Part shown: positions 32,572-41,905 of the stretch, piece after piece
Layout of the letters: each line of letters begins with the position of its first letter
Numbering within the stretch: position 1 is the first letter of the stretch
NCBI GenBank assembly: GCA_030141605.1
Contig: JAQGDQ010001040.1
Coordinates: 22,780-68,280 of the forward strand
Direction: 5' to 3'
Length of the DNA stretch: 45,501 nt
Origin: Tubiluchus corallicola
Lineage: Eukaryota; Animalia; Priapulida
Notes under the pieces: generated by a model
Told to the model about the DNA's origin: nothing
The model's input: the letters and a program-made list of their open reading frames with translations, nothing else
The model's database searches: none
Translations under genes and position numbers: made by a program

Positions 32572-35500
32572 TCACTCTTGCCTGGCTAGTATGTTATATC
32601 GTGCTTTCTGTAAATCTAATTTTAGCTGCTCATTCTCCTTTTCCAGATGCCGTTGCCGTGCCAACTGTTGCGATGCCTACGTGATAAAAAATAAAAAATG
32701 TATCAGCGTGAGACCATTTGAAAGATGTGAGCGATCATGTAAGCTACAACGCTTATGTATTTATACTAATCTACATGAATGGAGAAATGATTTGATTTAA
32801 AGGGCTGTTAAAGTTATGAAAAACTTTAACACTAAGAGAAGTTCAAATAGAAACACGAAGTGCTCAAGAATGGTGAAGAAAGAAAGAGGAGAGGCTATGG
32901 AGAGAGAGAGAGAGAGGGGGGGAGGGAGGGATAGACAGAGATTATTATTACTATTATTATTATTATTATTACTATTATTATTATTATTATTATTATTATT
33001 ATCATTAAATAAAAAATGATACTGTAAATGGAATTTCAAAACAGCTCAATTATTTGAAACCGGTGTATCTAAACATCAGTAAAGATGAACATATTTTCCA
33101 CATTTGATCAAATATTATTATTATTATTATTATTATCATTAAATAAAAAATGATACTGTAAATGGAATTTCAAAACAGCGCAATTATTTGAAACCAGTGT
33201 ATCTAAACATCAGTAAAGATGAACATATTTTCCACATTTGATCAAATCTTACCAAATTACCTTGCATCATAACATTAATGAAAAAGGTGCCTCTAGTTAC
33301 CTTGACAACAGCTTCTGCAGCAGTCGCTTCAGCATCGCGTACTTTTTTGTCCATCTTACGCATGCTGACGACATATTCAGAAATGAGTTGTTCAGACTAG
33401 CAAAAAAATGATACATCAATCTGAAGCATGTCTATTTTACATTGTAATTATTCATACCAAATAATCTGGCATTGGCAGTGAGGGCTATATTTTACAGTTA
33501 TTTATAGAATTAGTTACCAAAGTTCTCCACAGCTGAAGCACAGCAATAATTTGGTGTGTGTGTGCGTGCGTGTGTGTACAAAGAGGCTAGGATACGTCCA
33601 TTTTTCGGCAGTGTTTCTGTCAAGAAGTTTTCTTAAGATTGGCTAAGCACGTCAGGGAACTTGCACCAGCATCAAACACGTGAGTAATCTCATAAGCAAT
33701 AAGAGAAATAATTGCTGTACTAACTGCAAAAATGGCCTGAGTTTACATACACCAAACAAGCAAGACAGAAGACAAAACAAAAATCCAAGCTAAACTTAAG
33801 ACACCACAAACGGTTGCAACTTGTGATTGTAATGACTGTATGCAGCCGTAACTAATGAGTAGCACGCAAATGATGAAATAATTTAATCGGTAAAGCAACA
33901 ATGGTAAAATTTGCACATTCAACTTTTTGTCCACTAGTTTAATGTTTCTCAATCTTACGCACTGCGTGAATAATTAGTTCATAGCTTTGGCTGATGCGGT
34001 AAGGAACTTCTTGAGAGAACACTATTGCTGATTCGTGAATATATATATATAGTGTTCATTTATCTTAATGTAAAGCTTGTTATCTCCTTCAGGACCGTAA
34101 GCATTTGCTGCACTTTGCACGAGTTCATGAAAAACTGCTCTCACCAAGCAATGGTTACATTATATTTGATAATTTTTATAGGTTTCTACTCCTCACACAA
34201 TGGACTTTCATGTAATTTTCATTTCTACTCTATTTTGAAGGCAGACTTTCTTTTAAAGGATGAAACAACCTTAATTTCTCATTGGCTGATTGGTTGGCTT
34301 TCCTTAATTTCTCCTTGGCCGTTCGGTTGGCTTTTTCTGGAAATATGTACAGCAGACGGTTCTCCCAGACTATAGCAAGCAGGCGATCAATAAAATAGTG
34401 TGTAGGATCACACAAGTGTACATTAAACTAAGCTATAGGCTAGGCTATGTTGGAGTGCCTGTGTTTTTCTTAATTTATCCATTTAAATCACTTATAAATG
34501 TTTAAACAAATAGCATAATTGGATGCATTAGTTATGTCTGAGAAGTAGAAGAAAAATCATCAATCTTATAAGACTTATTTTGAATGGTGCAGTCCTGAAG
34601 GAGTTAATGCAAAAAAAACTAAAAATAAACACAAGAAATGCAAAGAGACTTTGACTAGTGATTCTGCTTACCTCCGAAGCTTTGTGTCGAATTTCGTGGA
34701 GAAGTTCCATTAAATCAGCATTTTTCTGTTGATGTTTTTTGCCATCTTCCTTCAGCCGCTGCACCTCCTGTTCGAATTTATTACCCAGAATCTGCAGTTC
34801 CTCCTTCCATCTGTCACAAAGTTAAACTGTTTTTAGTTACTACGTAATTCTTGCATTTGAGATGATTGTATATTGTTTATGATTCTTGCATTTGAGATGA
34901 TTGTATATTGTTTATGATTCTTGCATTTGAGATGATTGTATATTGTTTATGATTCTGGCATTTGAGATGATTGTATATTGTTTATGATTCTTGCATTTGA
35001 GATGATTGTATATCGTTTATGATTCTTGCATTTGAGACGATTGTATGTTGTTTATGATTCTTGCATTTGAGATGATTGTATATTGTTTATGATTCTTGCA
35101 TTTGAGATGATTGTATATTGTTTATGATTCTTGCATTTGAGATGATTGTATATTGTTTATGATTCTTGCATTTGAGACGATTGTATATTGTTTATGATTC
35201 TTGCATTTGAGACGATTGTATATTGTTTATGATTCTTGCATTTGAGATGATTGTATATTGTTTATGATTCTTGCATTTGAGATGATTGTATATTGTCTAT
35301 GATTCTTGCATTTGAGATGATTGTATGTTGTTTATGATTCTTGCATTTGAGATGATTGTATATTGTTTATGATTCTTGCATTTGAGATGATTGTATATTG
35401 TTTATGATTCTTGCATTTGAGATGATTGTATATTGTTTATGATTCTTGCATTTGAGATGATTGTATATTGTCTATGATTCTTGCATTTGAGACGATTGTA

Positions 35501-36376
35501 TATTGTTTATGATTCTTGCATTTGAGATGATTGTGTATTGTTTATGATTCTTGCATTTGAGATGATTGTATATTGTTTATGATTCTTGCATTTGAGATGA
35601 TTGTATATTATCTATGATTCTTTATTGTTTATGAGAGGCTTTCAAGTAAAGTTTTAGAAATGGGTACATACGGTCTGCGTACTGCAATAGAAAATAACCA
35701 ATAACAAGGTTCTTACATTGACTCTCACAAAACAATCATTAACAAACGATGAAATTTGGCACATTTTACATAATTTTATTTTGCTTTCTCACTTCTACAA
35801 TGGCTTTTAGAAAACAACAATAATTTGTACGAAATGTGGAAAAACTGCCTCATTTTTAACATGTAGTCATTGCATTTGCGCAAACGTAAATTCAGGCAAA
35901 CAAAAAACTAAGCACGAATAGTCGATATCATATTAAAAATAGCATTAATAATATACAGTTATTTGTTATTCATTTAGTTTAAAATCAGTATGGCCTTACA
36001 GGTACATGCGACTTCGCTTCTTTTAGTGTCATTATTGCATAGTCAAATTAATTTGTCAACTATTTTGCTTTTAATTAGTTAGTTTTGCCCATAGAATTCT
36101 GCTTTACTAATTTTGTTTTCACTTTATTTTGTGTAAATTTGCATAATTTTATTTATCATAATTGTTTGCTATTAATTTAATTATGATCTATTTTCCTATT
36201 CTATTCTTCATTTTGTTCTAACAATATTTACTCGCCATGCTGAAATTAGTAGACTCACTATTTAGGGATGGCAGACTAGATGACCTTTTGGTCTTTCGCC
36301 ATCCCGCCCTTCTTTAATCTTTGTAACTCATTGTTATATACTATCTATGATTACTATTTTGAAGGCAAAAAATAAA

Positions 36377-36434
<58 letters not shown>

Positions 36435-39400
36435 GTCGCATGCTGCAGTTTCAAGTTTTCAACAAGATGTGAGAACCGCATTGGTGATCATCTTTGATGA
36501 TTTTTGCAACATTTTTTCGCATTAACAAAGATTTATTTCAATAATTTTTATTTTTATGGTGTCGGCGTTCCCTAAGACCCTCTTAAAGTACAACACACTT
36601 TTTTAACTCCAAGTTACTTCAAAACTGTTTTAGTCCCACGGTTTTTAACCAGTCCTATACAGTGGCTGCTCACTGCTTAAATTAGTGGGAGTGCGACTTC
36701 AGAAAATTTTTAGCCGTTGTTTTAATACTGTGTAAAACGAAACGAACATATGTAATATTATTGGTGTAAATCATAATTGTAATTTTAAACGTACAAATAT
36801 ATGAAAATCTATGCATAAACTTGATGAAATCCTAAATGAAATTTTTTTTGCCTATGAATAGCCTAAATTGACGCAGTTCAAGAATATGCCGGTATACGAT
36901 TTTTAAGCACGTGACAACTGACAACACACACCGCATGAGTGACAGTCCTCTTTCTACCCAAAGTGCAGCATCTTATCTCAGACATGTGCACATGGCCGCA
37001 TGCACATAACAGCCAAACACCACGTTGCTTGAGCTGTGAGCGCACTGTGCTGGGCTGTGAATCAAACAGTATTACCCTCATGTGCTCTGGTTTCGTATAA
37101 GTATAAAGAAAGTATTAAAGAAAAAGACCCATTATATTGAATATTTTCGATAATACCGAGTGAAAATAGGGGGTGCTGCAGTTCCACAAAGCTTATGCAC
37201 GAGTTGCCAATGGTCCTATGAAGACAATGTCGTAATCTTCCTGAACATTTGGCTATACTGCATCATTTGCTTCTGATAATATATACAATTCTTATCTCAG
37301 GCAAACTATTGGTAGCTCTCACTCAAATTTTACCTGGCTGATACACGTTGCTGAGTTGACAAAAGATTCTTCAATTGTGAAAGAGCTGCCTGGTGTGACT
37401 CCTCTATGCCTTGTACCTTAGCTTCCCATTCCTGCTCTTTTAACTTGCACTGTTTTTCTGCCAGTGATATCTAAAACAACAATAGACAATTTGAATTTAA
37501 TGACAGTTTAAACTTTAAACTTAAAGGCCTATACAGGGATGAGAATGCTAAATTGCAAAAAACTCTGAAACAGGCCAGGGGTTTTGGGGCCACCTATGCC
37601 CCCAATGGAGTTTAAGGGGAGCCAACAACAAATTGCAATTTTGTGACTAAAGAGGACTAAGCGGACTCCTCTAAGTGGACTTAAAATATCAGTTACCTTG
37701 TTTCATGCTTAATTTAAAATTAAGTACTGGCTGCTCCTATGCAAACATATACAAAAACTGTCTGCAATTGACTCAAATAACTCCACACAATTGATTCTAT
37801 ATTTTTATACATAGAGATATACACATGGTTACACTGATGTACGTGATGTAAACAAAGTGACAGCCTGCCAACTAGCGGTCAGCTTGTGAAATAATGTACT
37901 GGGTCCGTAAAAATTTTCTCAGCGATTTACAAAAATGGCACTACTGGTCTTCCAAAAACTCGAAATTCCGCGAAAATTCTCACCCCTGGGCCTATATAAC
38001 TCCATAATACATTGAAGTCTGTGTAACGCATTATTTTGATTACACAAAGAATTCATAGTTAACGTTGAACAAAAGAGACTTATAAATTAAATAACTTACC
38101 TTTTTCTGGCGAATTTTGAACGCCTGCATTGCCGTAAAGATCGGTATGTTTCATGTCTTTGGCGCGAGTGAGCGAGAATGACGTACGAGGTACAGAAAGC
38201 GTCTTTGGTTACCGATCTTTGGTGACCTCGTAACTGTACTCATTATATCATTCGTTTCGCGCAACGAAAAATGGCGGTTCTTCAAATTTAATACCGCTAA
38301 CAGCGAAGCGGTAAAAAACCAAAAGAAACAAGTTTTACAGTAAAAGTTTCTAACAAAATAAATTGAATATTTGTAATGAGAGTAGGATTTTAAATTGTAA
38401 AAACTTATTTTATAGTGAGACTTTACTTTGAATTTAAACAGATCATAGTAGTCCTTGAAAACTACAATCTACGGCATATTTTTTCGTTCATAGTATGAAA
38501 CAGAGTAGTTTTAATCACATATGTAATTGAACTTGTAGGTACAGAACCATCCCTTGCTAATATCCTAACTATGTGTAGCAGATTGGAAAGTTCATTAGAA
38601 TATTTTTTGACAACTGACAAGATAACTATTGTCTAGTTATCAAGTTTGAGCCCACTACCAAGACCCATTAGTTTCTTCAGAGGCAAAAGACTTTGGTTGC
38701 TGGGTACCTTTTGTTTCTTTTTGTTTTTGACTTATTACAGCAATTCTCAGGTAAGAACTCTGTCACTTTTAATTATTTTTCACTTACAGTAAAAAAATGT
38801 ACAACAGACGAAAACAGTTGACAAAAGCAAAAATATCGTTTTTATATTGCTACACTATCATTTAAGTAGTGCTATCACTATATTGCTATCACAATCATCA
38901 CCGACATCTATCTGCTGTCAGCTTTACGACACATTGATTATTGTATTTTCTGTCTGAAATTATTTGCCACAAACAAGTTGCCTGGCATTCAGAGCAAAAA
39001 ACTAATAGTTCATTGTTCAGTGGGTTAGAATTATTATCTTAGTTCTGTGACATATTTTTTAAGGATTTTTTTAAACGAAATTGCATCTGAATACTGTAAC
39101 CAATTCAGCAACCTCTGGAGGCTAATAGAACAGTCGAGTGTCTTGATCATTGTACCACGTTAGCAAACCGCAAATGCTCAAACAATCAAATTGTAGCAGT
39201 GTCTTCTTACACCCCGACTGCTTGATGTATGACGCAACACTTTGCTACAAAATTTGCAACAATTTCTGACCGATTCGAAATCCTTTTTATAGCATACCCC
39301 AGACTTCATCTTGCGTATAGAAACCTGTTTCTCCTTGACTGCTTCTTGAAGTGCTTTACGCAAACGTTCGTTCTCAGACACTAGGTTTAATCTCTCATTG

Positions 39401-40825
39401 TTTGCTTGATCACATTGTTCTGATAACATATCTATTCTCTCCTGTAACCTCCTGTAAATAAAATCGACTATTAATTTGGAGTAAAAACATCGTTATTGCG
39501 GAATTGTGAGAATCCAGTAAACCTCTTCATACCACCGACTTTGGGACTGCAAAAAAAGTTGGTGTTAAGCATGTTTGACATTATATGGTTGGCATCCTTC
39601 TGTCTCGGAAGACAATGGAGTGTGCCCCAAGAGAGTCAGTTATTGATCACATTGATGGAGCTGCAGCGTCGGCTGTGGCTGAGCAATGCGATCCTTGAAC
39701 GTCTCCAGGGTGCATGTCTGGGTAAGGTGTATGGAGATCCTGAGTTGCCCAGAAAACAGGAACCCCCTCTCTTCCTCCCTGGTGCAGCCCCAGAGGAAAG
39801 CGGAGCGATGCGTTTGGCACCAGGTTGGCTGCAGGAGCTGCCAGAGTCAGTGAGCATGCTGCACTGGTCCGCCTTCGGGGCTCCACTCCTGATTTGGAAG
39901 GTTTACTCCTCTACACATGGCAGTTGGGTAACTTGACCTCCTCCGCCCTCGAGATACAGTGTGGGCATCCCCCGCAAGCCTACAGCACCTGGTATTCCTA
40001 GGTGGTCACCCATTCAAGTACTAACCGGGCTCTACGTTGCTTAACTTCGGTGATCAGACGAGAACCGGTGTTTTCAACGTGATTTGGCCCTAGTCTGACA
40101 TTATATAACGAGATGCTTTAACACATGTATGTCTATGCAAATACAGTCATTTGCCAAAATATGTGGGTATCAAACGAGGTAGGCAGTATATATGGGGAGG
40201 CGCGCGGGGGAGGGGGGAGGCGGTGTTATAATGAGGTTTGACTGCATATGGATGCAAATTCATGGCACCTTATAAGCATGTAGAAAATAAGCTTATAAAC
40301 GGGATTAGAAATTTGTTTTATAATGCATTTTTGATTATATCTGCTATTCTTGAAAAGTGCACAGGTTATGTGAAAGTAAGGTCATTGGAAATGTCACATG
40401 TTAAACGAAGTCTTACAGTGTCTCTTTCCCAATGCAAATACAGATAACGGTTCAGTCACCCGTCACAAACTTACTCCCAAGCTGTGCTTCTTAAATAATG
40501 TCATAATAAATTGTGCATAGAAAAAGTGACAATATCTGGCAAAAAATATTACTGTCTTCACCAGATGGTTTAGTCTAGTGGTAATGCGTCTGCTTTCCGT
40601 CTGGGAGGTTGTGAGTTCAAACCAGCGGCCGGGTAATACCAAAGACTTTAAAAATGGTACCTGCTGTTGCCCTGACTGGCACGTGGTATTTAGGGTAAAA
40701 GTGGGGTAATAATAGTCTCTGTTTTGTAGCTGTAGGTTGTTATTTACAGTCGGCGATAATAGCTCTTTGAGCTAATGTTAATTGTTGACCTAAAAGCTGA
40801 CTTTAAATAAAGATTATTATTATTA

Positions 40826-40886
<61 letters not shown>

Positions 40887-41808
40887 CATTATTATTATTA
40901 TTATTATGTCTGGGGGGGGCGTCTCTACAACTTCAAACTACTTAATTGTTTCGATTTATTATTTTTTAACTTCACAATAAACTAATTACGATTTATTAAT
41001 TAAATTGCTCACTCAGCATAATGAAACTGTTCTGCTCAAAGCAAGTACATAACACAAATGCTGTGGGCTGTTATAAATGACTGTTACACTCACATAATCA
41101 CAGGACAATTAGTTTTGAGCAAATAGAAGATAAGAACGTTAAATTTCCAAATGTAATTAGCCTAACTACCGGTAGTAAAAAAACAGAAGTAGCCACAAAC
41201 TACAGATAGGTGTAGTGTCTTAAATTAATATTCGAATTGCTTCTTGAGATTCCACATGTAAATTCCATGTTGAGATTCCACATAAGTCAGAATTTTGTAA
41301 TAAAATTCCAGGACTTTATTAAATGTATTGAATAAACTTCAGATTTCCAAATATACAGCATTTGCTTTTTATCATGTTTAGCAACCATTGAATCCCAATG
41401 TATCCCGTGGGATACAGGCTATATTTAGCACACGGGCACAGGTAAGAAAAAATAATTATTATGTGTAAACAAGATGGACATATTGAACAAAAGTACCAAG
41501 CCAAAATATTTTTTCTTATTAAAAAAATAATTTGGGACTGAAAGGGTTAAATGACATATGATTTAACGAGGAACATTTGTATATAAACTGAAACAAATGC
41601 AATTCGCAGCATCTGATCTAAGTTACCAACTCAACATACTTGATAACCGAGGAGTTGTGTGATTTTTCTTGCTGATACGATGTGTCCAGACGTCTATAGT
41701 TGATCTGTAGACTGTCAAGTTTATTCAAAGCTTCTTCCTTTGCTTTTTCTGATTTGGAGATTTTGCTGTACAATTCCTCAACGTTGGCACCAGTCATGTG
41801 TGAACTAC
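32572..41808 (-). CDS. SCLT1: Sodium channel and clathrin linker 1 (centriole distal-appendage coiled-coil protein); last six exons, with the 5' part outside the window
   Basis: Phase-compatible exons: 41640-41808, 39298-39451 (alternative donor at 39325), 37334-37470, 34672-34810, 33301-33396 and 32572-32676. The translation ...SKSEKAKEEA...NERLNLVSENERLRK...ISLAEKQCKLKEQEWEAKVQGIEESHQAALSQLKNLLSTQQRVSARWKEE...SEQLISEY...ASQQLARQ parallels the recalled SCLT1 C-terminus (LRHLLATQQKAANRWKEE...ASQQL). Confidence 0.82.
32985..33247. repeat. Tandem duplication, 134-bp period, 2 copies, each headed by (ATT)n
   Basis: tcattaaataaaaaatgatactg...ccacatttgatcaaat occurs at 33002 and 33136 with only two substitutions seen. 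Confidence 0.9.
34847..35621. repeat. 35-bp minisatellite, about 22 near-identical copies, in an SCLT1 intron
   Basis: Unit ttcttgcatttgagatgattgtatattgtttatga (starts at 34848, 34883 ...). Confidence 0.97.
36030..36433 (+). mobile_element. Probable retroposon 3' UTR remnant with stem-loop and (ATT)n tail
   Basis: A T-rich tract, then stem GGGATGGC...GCCATCCC (36265-36305), AATAAA and (ATT)n at 36378-36433. The 5' boundary is uncertain. Confidence 0.4.
36660..37212. mobile_element. hAT-type MITE
   Basis: TIRs CAGTGGCTGCTC / GAGTTGCCAATG. 8-bp TSD gtcctata / gtcctatg. Confidence 0.7.
37534..37988. mobile_element. hAT-type MITE
   Basis: TIRs CAGGGATGAGAAT / ATTCTCACCCCTG. Perfect 8-bp TSD ggcctata at 37526-37533 and 37989-37996. 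Confidence 0.85.
38100..38320 (-). promoter_or_regulatory. CpG-rich promoter-like island or alternative exon inside an SCLT1 intron
   Basis: E2F-like TTTGGCGCG (38158-38166) and TTTCGCGC (38255-38262), CRE-like TGACGTA (38179-38185), YY1-like AAAATGGCGG (38268-38277), and a consensus minus-strand donor AAG|GTAAGT at 38100. Confidence 0.4.
39587..40095 (-). mobile_element. 5S rRNA-derived SINE (SINE3) with an RTE-like body, 509 bp
   Basis: Exact 11-bp TSD tgacattatat at 39576-39586 and 40096-40106. A full-length 5S-like head at 39976-40095 has no poly-T terminator and is followed by a GC-rich body of about 390 bp ending ccattgtcttccgagacagaaggatgccaacc. Confidence 0.88.
39976..40095 (-). pseudogene. 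5S rRNA-derived head of the SINE (not a functional 5S gene)
   Basis: The reverse complement is GACTAGGGCCAAATCACGTTGAAAACACCGGTTCTCGTCTGATCACCGAAGTTAAGCAACGTAGAGCCCGGTTAGTACTTGAATGGGTGACCACCTAGGAATACCAGGTGCTGTAGGCTT. Box A, the intermediate element and box C are recognisable. Helix I has two mismatches. Confidence 0.85.
40560..40907 (+). mobile_element. tRNA-derived SINE with a Meta-domain-like core and (ATT)n tail
   Basis: A-box-like tagtctagtgg, B-box-like gagttcaaacc, core ataccaaagactttaaaaatggtacctgctgttgccctg, AATAAA, then (ATT)n at 40813-40907. A second copy lies at 13567-13818. Confidence 0.82.
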
Positions 41809-41905
41809 CTGCAACATTTGTGTAAGCTGTAGCAGAGAACTGACATACATTAAATTTGTAACTGGAAATTCGTATGTATGTTATCGTATATATGAATTCT
41901 GCTGG

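Noticed and set aside
39496-39936. 146-, 73- and 79-aa ORFs
   Set aside because: They are by-products of the GC-rich SINE body and show no recognisable domain.
39976-40095. Functional 5S rRNA gene
   Set aside because: Helix I mismatches, an altered box C, no terminator, and a position inside a TSD-bounded element.
40560-40635. tRNA gene
   Set aside because: The cloverleaf pairs poorly and the sequence continues into a SINE body that has a second copy in the window.
41300-41550. piggyBac-like end gggactgaaaggg|ttaa
   Set aside because: Only one terminus is visible, so the boundaries cannot be supported.
32572-41808. SDCCAG8 as the identity of the coiled-coil gene
   Set aside because: It is a similar coiled-coil protein, but the LLSTQQRVSARWKEE and ASQQL motifs and their spacing fit SCLT1 better.
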